Source: Adineta vaga (Eukaryota; Animalia; Rotifera). From it: 64,000 nt of DNA. Position 1 is the stretch's first letter, and the number at the start of each line of letters is the position of its first letter. Below are positions 26,689-38,780 of this stretch, one piece after another. Under the pieces are notes generated by a model, which was not told the DNA's origin, did not search any database, and worked only from the letters and a program-made list of their open reading frames with translations. The DNA is taken from the NCBI GenBank assembly GCA_021613535.1, contig CP075496.1, positions 7,254,001-7,318,000 on the forward strand, given 5' to 3'. The position numbers were made by a program, and so were the translations under genes.

Positions 26689-27166
26689 TTTCTTTATAAA
26701 TTGCGAAGTGATGTAAAAAATAAGATCTAAATCAAAATAACGACCGGTTTTATCCAAATGACTGTATTATATATATATATAAGGTCAATGGGACATTTCA
26801 TAGGGAATAATTATGCAATTAGGTTGTAAGATTTTTATCTTTTGCTTCGGAAATTCGTTCGTCTCGGAAGTGATGAACTGACTCTAAATGAGAAAAGAAA
26901 TTCTTCTGTTTAGTCTTTCTATCTATTTTTACTTCAGTTCAGTCAATGACGATTATTTGTAAAAGAAAGAATAGAGAAATCGCATTGGACCAATCAAATA
27001 AAAAAAGATATTTTAATAAATAAAAGTCGCTACATTCGTTTTTCTTTCCTCTAGGCAAGTGGCGTCATTAGATCTTTACGAAAAAACAAAATACAAAACA
27101 AGTAACTAATGAATAAACGTTGCTTCGAGATAAATTCTATTACTTACAAATCATAAGGAGGAAAAA

Positions 27167-28108
27167 ATGACTGATCAAGAAACTATTCGATCTCGGACAT
27201 TAACTAAATATAAAGAACTCAATGAACAATTACGTGAATTTCTTAAAACAATTCTGCAATTGGAAAAATCTTCTTCATTACATGAACAAATCAATTCCAG
27301 TATGATGGATAATGGTGGAATATCATTATTATCAATAAAAAATGATTTACTTCTACAATATATAATCAATCTTGTTGCAGTTATGTCACGTCGATCGACA
27401 CCAAATCAAACATTAACATCATCATCGACACGTTCAATGATATTGCGACTTTGTGAAATTCGAACATTTATCGAAAAAATTCGTCCTATTGAACAAAAAT
27501 TACAATATCAAATGGATAAATTACTTAAAAACAATGTTGATCAACAATTAACATTTCGTGCTAATACGGAAAATTTTGATAATGATATTCAAGAAGATGA
27601 AGAAATAAATGAAGACGAAGAAGAAAAAGAAAAACCAAAAATATATCGTCCACCAAAACTTGTACCTGTTGAATATAATGAAGATTTTGATAAAAAACAA
27701 GAAAATGGAACTGTTAATAAACGTCTAGAACACTTAAAACGACGTGCTTATCATTCAGATGTATTAGAAGATTTTAAAAATAGATATTCTGATGCACCAG
27801 AAGAAGTTTACAATAGTGAACGAAGTCGTTTTACTCAACAAAATCGAGCTTATAAAGAAAAAATTGCTTATGAAGAAGAATATTTGAAACGTTTACCACA
27901 AACAAAACGTGAACGTATGCAATTACAACGATCCATGACGAATAATGGTGATGATATTATGGATCATCTTCATGATGCAGATGTTTTATTTGATGATAAT
28001 TTTAATGGTTCAACAAAGAAGAAAAAAGGCAAGATGTCCAGAAGAACAAAGAAACAATCGGAAAAGAAAAAATCAAAATCCATCAAACGATTAAAATCAC
28101 GCAACTAA
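27167..28108 (+). CDS. NGDN: Neuroguidin / Lcp5 (Sas10/Utp3/C1D family), intronless
   Basis: GISLLSIKNDLLLQY, RLCEIRTFIEKIRPIEQKLQYQMDKLL, IYRPPKLVP, YSDAPEE, YEEEYLKRL and a basic C-terminal tail. Confidence 0.9.
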   Translation: MTDQETIRSRTLTKYKELNEQLREFLKTILQLEKSSSLHEQINSSMMDNGGISLLSIKNDLLLQYIINLVAVMSRRSTPNQTLTSSSTRSMILRLCEIRTFIEKIRPIEQKLQYQMDKLLKNNVDQQLTFRANTENFDNDIQEDEEINEDEEEKEKPKIYRPPKLVPVEYNEDFDKKQENGTVNKRLEHLKRRAYHSDVLEDFKNRYSDAPEEVYNSERSRFTQQNRAYKEKIAYEEEYLKRLPQTKRERMQLQRSMTNNGDDIMDHLHDADVLFDDNFNGSTKKKKGKMSRRTKKQSEKKKSKSIKRLKSRN

Positions 28109-28458
28109 TCTTCACTGGTTTTTCTCGTTATTGTTTTGTTATTTGAACGAAATGAAGTTATTATTTCGTTCTTGTTTTGAATTATAAAATTAAAACATAG
28201 AGAAGATCAGATTTGTTTCATTTTTTAATACTGAACTAATCCGAACTGTAAACAATGACGGCTATTCTATTATCTATCTTCCTTTCATTTTGCATATGCG
28301 AGGATAGAAGCGATATGAAGATTTCAGAAAACGACTCATTATCTGGATCAGTATTGTAGTAAAAACAAGCATCTTACTTGAGTATTTGTTCATTCTCACA
28401 GATAATTCATGATCATTGGATTCTAATAAATCTTCTGTTTCAATTATTTACATCATAT

Positions 28459-28848
28459 TTATATGTTATTAGATTCAGCACTTGTTACACTAATTCCATC
28501 ATCATCGTCATCATTCACATCGGATTCTAATGAAGCCTTCTCGGAAATAATACTGATTGTTTTGTTTTCTATAGGATTCGGTTTTTGTTCAATTATTTTC
28601 AAATTTTGATGCTTTTTTAAATAACGATAATCGCAGGCTGATACACATGTAGTTAGAAGAATTAATAGTATAAGACTACTAAATATTCCAATTGGATAAC
28701 AATACCATGGACATACAAAAGATTTCTTTGTTGTAGTTTTCATTATTAATGTTGTCGAAATATGTTCATGTAGTTTGTCAAATGGTAATGAAAATACATT
28801 TCGAATAAGTAAGAAAATAACAAGTCTTCCAAAATCTGATTTAAACAT
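28459..28848 (-). CDS. Small single-pass membrane protein, unknown function
   Basis: 129 aa: signal-like N-terminus, Thr-rich stalk, CPWYCYP followed by a TM helix, and an acidic/Ser cytoplasmic tail. Confidence 0.6.
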   Translation of the reverse strand: MFKSDFGRLVIFLLIRNVFSLPFDKLHEHISTTLIMKTTTKKSFVCPWYCYPIGIFSSLILLILLTTCVSACDYRYLKKHQNLKIIEQKPNPIENKTISIISEKASLESDVNDDDDDGISVTSAESNNI

Positions 28849-28955
28849 TTCTTTTATTCATATTACAATGCTTTTTTTCCGCGCCTATTTTCGTATGAAT
28901 AATATGACATCGTGATCTTTATTATAAATGAGACTTCAAAAATAGACACGCTTAT

Positions 28956-29594
28956 TTAACGAGGAACAGAAGCTTTTAGAAAATATTTTGTTGCCTGATC
29001 ATTATATGCAGCTCGATCATTTGCCCATAAACTTGCTGCTTCTATAAAGAAAAAAAACGTGTGTAAATGAATATAAAATTAGTTTTCTACTAACCAGGAT
29101 GTTGAACAAGATCTGTTAGAGGCTCGTCGACAACTTTGGTTACTTCTTCTATGATAGTATTGAAAGATACGTTAGATTTCCATGTTTTCGAAAGAGGGTT
29201 TAAAAGATCAGTACAAATTTCACCTAAAAGAAATTCAAAGAGAACTATTTGTTGATCAGCTCTTGATCGCTGAACGTTACCTACCATCTTTATCAACATT
29301 CGGATGAAATATCGTCGCTGTAAAAACTACTTTGGGTGGTTTTGCTGGACATTCCGGATGCACTTTTATGTCAATTGGAAGTGAGCCTGTTTTATAAATA
29401 TCTGATTTAGGAAATATTCGACCAGTAATAGTAAATGTTTCCAATGGCGAAGGAATGTCGTCATCATCATTCATTCCATCGAGAGGTGATTTCTCATATG
29501 CAAATTTAAATGGTGCATCGGTTGTTGGTCCAATATTTTTCAATTGATTAACTGCAGTAACAATGTCTTTGAACCGTATAGAATCTTGAGTCAT
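28956..29594 (-). CDS. E2 enzyme, UBE2L3-like, copy 2 (highly divergent; 3 exons)
   Basis: CPAKPPKVVFTATIFHPNVDKDG|EICTDLL. Last exon EAASLWANDRAAYNDQATKYFLKASVPR*. Confidence 0.88.
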
Positions 29595-30149
29595 GTTTGT
29601 TTATAATAACAAGGTTTATTATGTTCTTACTAAACAGCTGAAATTGTGATAAAGTAAGAAATAATTGTATAATCTGAAAGAAAAGAGTCGATAATATACA
29701 ATTTGTCTTTGAAATGTCATTTTAGATACGAAGTCATATACGGTATTTTATAAATGCACAATACTCAAAGAAAGGAAGAAGAAAATCTTGCTTAACAATG
29801 ATAAACTGTGATTCATGTCAAGGGATTTCTGTAGTGTAATATAATATTTGTGGGTTTTTTCCGCCTAATACCATGCAAAAAATATCAACACAATATGCAA
29901 TTGATTGTATGACAACTTCAATCTGAAATTTCTTAACTATTACAAATGATTTAGCCGCTTTCTATACTCATTTAGTGTAAAGAAACAAGATAAAATCTGA
30001 ATATATCAAAGTGTAGTTATCATTCAATTAACTCTCATACCGTCAACATGCATCTCAAAGAAAAACTGAACAAATATGTTCGGTTTGAAAGAAAACACAG
30101 AATAAATCCGATACATGTATTTGACATTATTATTCAAAATAATATCATG

Positions 30150-30884
30150 TCAAATAATTGAATAGAAAGGAAAAAAATGAAGTATTTTTTTAAAACTTTG
30201 ATAAGAATAAGAACATGTATTTCTACAAATAGTTACGATCGTGGTATAGCATGTTTTTACATATTCCAATGCTTTACGATTGAATTCAGCCCGATTTTCC
30301 ATATATTCACGACCAACACCTAGAAGAAACAAACATGAAAAGAATTTTCTATATGATAGAAAAAAATACTACGTACTAATACTAAGTGAAAAATCAATGT
30401 CAGGTTTATCTATATGTTCGGTAACAGCTTTGACCACTTCCACTAAAGATGTTGTAGGTAACCATTTAGCTTTCTTCTTTAATAACTCATGACAAAATTT
30501 ACCTAGAAAATATTGATATCAAATTACGATTTACCAATCTCAAATATTTTCGTTACCGTCTTGATCAACATTGGGATGATAGATCGAAGTAAGAAAACGT
30601 ACTTCAGGTGCATCGAATGGATATGTTGGTATTAATTTGATCTCAATTCGATATGCACCTCCATTATAAATATCCGAAGTAGGATAGATAAGTCCAGTAA
30701 TGTTGATATCGTTCGAACTACCAGATGTTGCTCCAGCATTGCTACTATCGTCGTCGTCATCATCGTCGTCTTTAAACGGTGATGTTTCCAATGTGAATTT
30801 AGGATCAGAATTAACACTCAATACTTTCAATTTAGTAATTTCAGAGTAGAGTTCTTTATTTAATCGCGAAGTACTAGAAGCCAT
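30150..30884 (-). CDS. E2 enzyme, UBE2L3-like, copy 3 (3 exons; frameshift near the C-terminus)
   Basis: YPFDAPEVRFLTSIYHPNVDQDG|KFCHELL. An A5 run (minus strand, 30254-30258) shifts the frame away from the paralog-like ending HAIPRS* (stop at 30233). Confidence 0.85.
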
Positions 30885-31724
30885 TTTCACAATCTGAAAT
30901 TTCAATTATACAATAATGTAGTACATACTTTACTATTCAAAAACAATGCAAGACAACAAGATAAGTAAATTATACGAAAATAAATAATATTTTCATAAAA
31001 CTCTTTCTTTACTTAATATAAAAAGAAAAATCTTGTCGGTTAACGTTACTAATCAAACTTTGTATGTCTACGTTAAGAGTAAAATTCTATTCGATCATAA
31101 AGCAATCTTATGACCCAATGTTTTGCAAAATACGGAGAAGAAGAAAAAAAACATGTAGACAGGTCGTATATGTCGCCACTTTATATTACTGGATGCCTGC
31201 TTGGAAATTTCCAACGTAAATAAAACGAGCTCTTTTCCAAGCAGAATATTTTGATGAAACGTAAAAAGACTTTTGTTGAATGAAAAAATAGGTTTAATGG
31301 AAAGAAATTATTCTCATCGTGTAACATATTTAATGAGAAGAAAGCAAAATGAACAAAGTGACTCGTTTATCAAGTATAAAGCTACAAAAAAATGAATTAT
31401 ACAAGAAAAAAATCTTGACAAACATACTCATTTTTTAAATAAAAATACCCACTGTTATAATATACAATGTTATTTGCATGGTTTTTTCATCAAAGCAACT
31501 CTTAGTTTACAAAACTACTTGAGACACTATTCAATCTTTAACTATCATACAAAATAATGTAATTCATACGTCAACACCTACAGGATATGAATTTACAACG
31601 AAAGATACACTATGCATTGTTTAGATTATCGAATAGTGTAAAGATTACAACCTATAGAATATTAAAGCTATTTGTAAGCAGAAATAAAACAGATAAGAAT
31701 CACTGTTCACCGGCAATAATACAA

Positions 31725-32360
31725 TTAATCACGAGATACGCGATGTCTTTTCACCATTTCTCGTGCTTTACGATCGAATTCTGTTTTACGTTTGATATAT
31801 TCATCACCGATATCTATAAAGTCAAAAAGACAAATCATCGACAGTTTTCTAATCAATTGAATTTCTACCGAAGTTGATAGCATAGACTGGATCCGGTTCA
31901 TCAATGTGTTTCACGATAACACTAACAACTTCTTCCAAAGTTGAGAATCCTCTATTGCTCCATCTTGCAGCATTATTCAGTAGTTGATGACAAAATGTAC
32001 CTAATACAACAGATATCATCATTTTCTGACAGATATAATCAGTCACTTGCCATCAATCTCCACATTTGGATGATAAATAGGTGTTAGAAAACGTACGATA
32101 GGTGCTTCTGTAGGATATCTTGATGTTAATTTCATTTCTATGCGAAGTGCAGTTTCTTTATAAATCTCTGATTTAGGAAAGATCCGTCCAATGACCACAT
32201 ATTCATCTTTTTCTACAGCTTCAGCTTCATCTTCATCATCTTCATTCCCAAAAGGATTAATCTCAAGTATAAATCTGTTTGAAAGATTAGGATCTGCCAA
32301 TAACTTGAGTCGAGTAATATTAGTCCAAAGATCCTTGTTTAATTTACTTCTAATTGCCAT
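31725..32360 (-). CDS. E2 enzyme, UBE2L3-like, copy 4 (3 exons)
   Basis: YPTEAPIVRFLTPIYHPNVEIDG|TFCHQLL. Last exon DIGDEYIKRKTEFDRKAREMVKRHRVSRD*. Confidence 0.88.
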
Positions 32361-33677
32361 AATAATGATCTAGAGTGTTACATAGTATAATAAAATAAGA
32401 CGAATTTCTTTCTATTTTTCGGAACAAGAGTAATATCTGAAGAAATAATTGGCGGATAGAATCTTTAATTTTCTTGGAAATCTTGTCTACTGAATTTCTT
32501 TGTTTTTTTGTTTCCTTGGAAAAATCAAGAGATTATTTACGAGAACTGACACGTATCAAGTGTTTATTTTTGTTAAATGAAAAATAATTCATTTGTCGAG
32601 ATTTTAAACAGAGAGAAAAGTTGGTAAATTCATCGGGTCTCATGTACTCAATAAAAATTCGACCGAAGATTGCTCTATCTATAACCACATAAGTTAAAAC
32701 AAAGAACTTCGTCTGCATTTTAATTTAGAATATATAGCTGAGTAGTAAGACCTACGCAAAAAAACTAAAACTAAGCACAACTTCTATTACATAAAATATA
32801 TTGATTAGTATCAAAGACCAATCGAAAGAATTGTCAGGTAATAAGTAAAAAAATATTATTCAAATTGCATTTCTCTTTTGTAACGTAGAGGCCACCACAT
32901 TCCAAGAACTCGATATTCTATCAATACACTACTCATCGTATCTTTACCAGTATAATTTACAATATTGTGTTTTTCGAACTTCAGAACATGTTTACATTTT
33001 GAAAAATTTGATTATTGAAATAAACTGTTCCAAAAGTTATTCTTAAGATTGATAACAATGACGACTGATTAAAATTTTCGACACATTCTTCTCGACTTCA
33101 GATCTTTCGAGTATCATAGATTGAAACTGTTTATTGTTGAAAGATTTGCTATGTACCAGGAATATTTCGATAGCAAACAGAAAACTCATATGAACTAAGA
33201 AAAGCTAACTACTACCTCATTAAACCATCAATTTTGTCGTATTTTCTGTATTAATCGAATGACCTTCATGCTTAAGTTAACATATGGATAACTGTATCCA
33301 ACATGTTGCCATTACAGGTTTTTGTCAATACTGGATGAATTCGGAGAGCACTTTCCAATGGTGAACACAATTATTTCGCCGATCAAGAAACAGTCAACTA
33401 TGCTTGAGAGAAAAAGCCAACAATTATTAATGCGCATTTGACTATATTTAACAAGTCCTGATATGATAATGACATTAGAATCAAGTTTTCAATGACTATG
33501 TCAACAGATAACAAGAGATTGACAATGTCTTCTTCCATTTTTGTGAGAAAGCTGTTTGGATGTCGAAGAATACGTCTATTTGGTGCGAAGTTTTATTATT
33601 GAACAAGTCGTACATGTTAATTTACTAAAACTGAGGTCCTTTCCAGAATAATACGTGTCGATGAAGATCAATGTTAT

Positions 33678-34313
33678 TTAATCGCGAGGTACGTGATGTT
33701 GTTTCACCATTTCTCGTGCTTTTCGATCGAATTCTGTTTTACGATTCATATATTCATCACTGATATCTATAAAGTCAAAAAGACAAATCATCGACAGTTT
33801 TCTAATCAATTGAATTTCTACCGAGATTGACAGCATAGAGTGGATCCGGTTCATCAATGTGTTTCACGATAACACTAACAACTTCTGCCAAAGTTGAGAA
33901 TCCTCTATCGCACCATCTTGCCGCATTATTCAGTAGTTGATGACAAAATGTACCTAATACAACAGATATCATCATTTTCTGACAGATATAATCAGTCACT
34001 TGCCATCAATCTCCACATTTGGATGATAAATAGGTGTTAGAAAACGTACGATAGGTGCTTCTGTAGGATATCTTGATGTTAATTTCATTTCTATGCGAAG
34101 TGCGGTTTCTTTGTAAATCTCCGATTTAGGAAAGATCCGTCCAATGATCACATATTCATCTTTTTCTATAGTTTCAGCTTCATCTTCATCATCTTCATTC
34201 CCAAAAGGATTAGTCTCAAGTATAAATCTGTTTGAAAGATTAGGCTGTGCCAATAACTTGAGTCGAGTAATATTATTCCACAGGTTTTTATTCAATTTGC
34301 TTGTCGCTGCCAT
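33678..34313 (-). CDS. E2 enzyme, UBE2L3-like, copy 5 (recent duplicate of copy 4)
   Basis: Near-identical to copy 4, including the introns. HPN and catalytic Cys are intact. Confidence 0.88.
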
Positions 34314-34999
34314 ACAGTAGATCTAGAATACTGAATTATTTTACGGAATTTACATACGATTAAAAAATAAATACGCGCATAGAAGAAATAAATTGTTTGA
34401 CGTCTATTCTATAACTTACTTATCTTATACATCGTAAAAAATGGAATGATTTGACATCTTTAGCGATGAGTAGTGAATAAATATGTGCAGAAATAATTAA
34501 AACAAACAAAAACTTAATACTGATTGTTTTTTGCAGATCAACTGTTAATAATGGTTAAGAAATCAATTTCAAACGATTGACTTTGTTTATAATTCCGCAA
34601 AAAATAATACAGTACTTTCACTCAGTTTTGTACTCTGTACTCGCCTGAAAATTGCCAATTTAAACGAGAAAACAAAAACAAAACGCAACGTGCGTTAATA
34701 GCGTATACACAGAAAAAAAACTTACACTTTGACATATGCTTTCATGAAAAACAATTTTGTAAAGTATATCGATGACGTTTAGTTCCAAAGACATTGTATT
34801 TTCGATAGAATTCTTTTTATATATTATACTAAGTGTCTATTTCACCTGAATATCATTATTATTCACACGTACACCTTCGTCCAATCAATAATTTAAGTAC
34901 CTCAAGACATAAAGAATGAAATCAAGTTTATTGTATTCAAACATTCTTGTTAACAAAAACAAAGACAATATCAAATGACAGTTATTGATATAGCATAAT

Positions 35000-35466
35000 A
35001 TCTTAGATCGAGATAGAGCATATTTTTTGACATATTCCATTGCATTGTGATAAAACAAAGATTGATTTTCGAGATATTCTTGGCCGAGCGCTGAAAAAGC
35101 ATACAAAATGAAGGATGAAATAAAAACACTAGTTTTTTTCTTATCAACAAACCTAAGTTTGCAGAATATTACACAGTTTATACTTGTAAAAATGTTCTTA
35201 CCATTATTTGCAATGTTTGGATGATAAATGGGCGTAAGAAAACGTATGAACCTTCTTTATAAATCGCCGAATTAGGATATATTCGTCCGATAATAAATAA
35301 TAGGTTCTTTTGAAGAGATGTCTGCATGCAATTTTACTTCCTCATTGTCATCATCATCGAATGATGAATTAATGAATACAAATCGTTCCGATGCGTTTGA
35401 ATTGCTCAACACTTTCAGAAAACTGAATTCTGTCCACAGTTCTTTGCTTAATGTATTATTGCACAT
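35000..35466 (-). pseudogene. E2 copy 6, pseudogene
   Basis: Frameshift after KEPII; deletion between KEGS and RFLTPIYHPN; nearly all of exon 2 is missing, including the catalytic Cys (only YSANL remains). Exon 3 ALGQEYLENQSLFYHNAMEYVKKYALSRS is still recognisable. Confidence 0.8.
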
Positions 35467-36226
35467 GCGGTTAAATTCAAATATAAAAAAGACATATTAT
35501 TCATGCAGAATCATGTGAAAGATATCAATACATGTAAAAAAAGAAATTTTATTTCCATTTTTCCAACATGTCGAGTGTCGTTATAAAATAAATCTGAATA
35601 AAGCAAAAGTATTCGACAGAACAGAATACCTTTGCAAAGAAAAACTAAGCGCACATTTTTTTCGCCGAAAGAATGGCTTAGCAGATTAAAGATTTTTTTT
35701 TGCCGAAGTCGTTGAAATACATGAAAACATCTTCTTTTACATAAAAATAAACCAGGGCTAAAATTAACAAACATAAAAAATACACATCATTCATTGGACG
35801 AAAAATATCGTAATGTTTACGTTTATTAAAACGGAAATTTTTAAATTATCACTAATATCATAGTGTACGAAGGTATTTTATGATAATTATCGGCATATGA
35901 TTATTTTTGGTCGTAGTTAAGTTAAAATTTATGAAAAAAAAACCAGTTTTGCATTTTATCAGTTATGAATTATCTAACAATGATGTATTTCTGTTTTTTT
36001 CTATAATGCAAATTATTTTTTATATTTAAAATCAATCTGATATTTATGATACCGCATTACAAATGAGTTCTGAATGATTGGTCAGAGCAGAAATAACTAT
36101 GAATTTTAAAAAATATGCATCTGTTTTTTTCATTAACATTTACTCGATTTACATCGCGATAATAAATAATTATTAAAAATGCAATAATCATGAAAATAAA
36201 ATGTATTTGTACTTGAATGAAGACAA

Positions 36227-36864
36227 TTAATTTCGTGGTAATGAATATTTTTTCATCGTTTCTAATGCTTTACGATTAAATTCCGCTCTATTGTTCATAT
36301 ATTCCTTGCCGATCTCTACAAGTTAAAGAAAAATAGAATCAATAAAATGATAAGAAACTCTTCACCTAATGTCACAGCATAGTCTGGATCAGGCTCATCA
36401 AGATGTTTAACAATAGATCTAATTAATTCTACTAATGTCGTTTCACGATTTAGTTTCCATCGCGAAGAATTACTCAATAAATGATAACAGAATATGCCTA
36501 AAACAAACGAATATTTATTGTTTCGTTCGAAATTTTTCATGAAATTCATACCGTTTTGATCAACATTTGGATGATATATTCGTGTCAAAAAACGAACTTC
36601 AGGTGGTTCAATAGGATATTTAGATGTTAATTTCAGTTCGATTCGATAAGATCCTTCTTTGTAAATATTGGAATTTGGATAAATTCGACCAATTATAAGA
36701 TATTCATCTTTTTCAATGAATGCTTGGTTATCGTCATCATTATCATCATCATCGAATGGAGATTTTTCAAGTATAAATTTCACATGGGCATCAGGTTTAG
36801 TCAATAATTTTAATCTAGTCATATTCGTCCAAAGTGCTTTGTTTAGTCGACGTGTATCAGTCAT
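36227..36864 (-). CDS. E2 enzyme, UBE2L3-like, copy 7 (3 exons)
   Basis: YPIEPPEVRFLTRIYHPNVDQNG|IFCYHLL. Last exon EIGKEYMNNRAEFNRKALETMKKYSLPRN*. The track's 182-aa ORF reads through intron 1 and ends inside intron 2. Confidence 0.9.
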
Positions 36865-37496
36865 AATGAAACTATTTAAGTGCAGAGGAAGTAGTCAGTC
36901 CTTTTACAAAATATACTCTGTATCGAAAATAAACATGTATTTATAGCAATGCAGAGAAAACTGCGTCATTTGTTTCACTTGGCAGTTTCCCATATATCAA
37001 AGAGACGTAATTTTGTCGTCATTCATTGGTTGGTATTTACCTGTTCGAGTTATGAAAATAATTCAACAACCTGTGCAATTTCCAACATTTTCTTCCGTAT
37101 AATATTCATTCATTATACGACATTGGTTTATACCCTTCCAATTCTTCTCGTTCTTCAAAAAAATAAATATCTGATTCATAGAACATACAAAACTTAGTAA
37201 AAATAACAAAAGGCACATTAATCATGCAGAATCATCTTTGATTGTGTCTTTACACTTCAAACAAAGGATAACAATCCACTGTCCAGTTTATCAGAATAGA
37301 GAAGTATTCAAATATAGTTCTCATCAAATATGACTATCTGAAGTTATTTTTTTCAATTTGAATTTTATAATATAGTAAACTATAAATATTTTCTATTTCG
37401 CGCTTTTCTTATTCTACTAGAATTACGTCTTAGTTAGTTAAATTCATTCCTCTCTTCAGTCATCTTAATATTTCCTCTTTGTTCTTATCTATTTCA

Positions 37497-38780
37497 ATGA
37501 ACAATCATCTTCTTCTTTTATTCATTTGGTTCAATTCTATCTTATATTCCAGATCCAATACTATCAATAAAGTATGCACTTACGGTGATTCAACATGTGG
37601 AGCAGATCAAGCATGTGTAAATGGTAAATGTGAATGTGATCCTTCGCAACGACGTTATTGGACAGGATTTAAATTTGGATGTCGTGTTTGTCCTCAAGCT
37701 TATCGTCGTGAACGTTAGTATATTGACGGTCTATTTTCTCTTTTTTTTTTGAAAGACTTGTTTCTATTGTGTTTAGCAACTCGATGTTATCGATTCTTTC
37801 AAGAATCAAAAAATCATAGTCAAGCACGTGCCAATTGTCGTAGAGATCAAGCTGATCTATATTCTTGGAGAGATAATAGTGACGAAAATGAATTGTTAAC
37901 AGCATCAACATCATGGAATTATGTTTATCAACCAACGAAACATCAGTTTTATACTTGGAGTGGAGGTATGGTTCATCATGGTCAAGGTAATTTTATATTA
38001 TTCATTTGATTTTCGTCGATCATTAGTAACGTTATTGTATTTTTTTTCTATTGAGGTTCAAGAGCAGAATATAAAATTACTTGGATTGATCCTAATGGAC
38101 CAACTATTCGCCATCCCGAATCAAAAGAGCCACTTACAGCACGTTATTGTAATGAAATGATGATAGCAAATTATCAAGGAGAGCCTGAACCTACGCGTCA
38201 GATAAAAAATGGCGAAAAAGAAAATTGTGTTACCATTGTTTTTGTTCCTCAACAGAATTCTCGTGGACGTATTTGTATGGCAGATGATTATTGTTCAACA
38301 AGAATGAGTTATATATGTGAATTTAGTAAGAATATATTCATTCATTCGATTATCACTGATAATCAATTGTTTGTGTTTCTAGCTGAAGCAACTTTATCAG
38401 GCGAATTTGCAACATGTACGTATAAAGATTGTTCAATATGACAAATTGGTTCATATAGAACGAAAGTATATTCTAGTACCAACAACAGTTCTAACAACTA
38501 GAGTGCCACTCTTAGATTTTTGAATAGTAACGAAGAACATATTGATAACAATGAAAACCAAAATTCGATACCATCAGCTCTTGAAAAAACGGATGATTCT
38601 ATGCTATCGAATCCGTTAGTTGTTATTGTTGGACTTGTCGTCGTTGTTGTGATTATTGGTGCTGTCGCATTTTTTATTATTCGAAAAAGAAAACAAACAG
38701 AGAATAATCGTAATGTATCACCAACGAATAGTATAGCGAGTTCGAATATGTCCGGTGCGGATATGTATGGAAATGCTTAA
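37497..38780 (+). CDS. Type I membrane protein: signal peptide, EGF/EB-like Cys module, C-type lectin-like domain, TM helix, short tail (5 exons)
   Basis: CTYGDSTCGADQACVNGKCEC; CTLD elements CP..Y.....RCY.F......ARANC....ADL, WSGG, ENCV, DDYCSTRMSYICE; TM PLVVIVGLVVVVVIIGAVAFFII followed by RKRK. All exons join in phase 1. Confidence 0.85.

Noticed and set aside
32890-33660. Spacer between E2 copies 4 and 5 as a transposon or gene relic
   Set aside because: No long ORF, terminal repeats or recognisable motifs.
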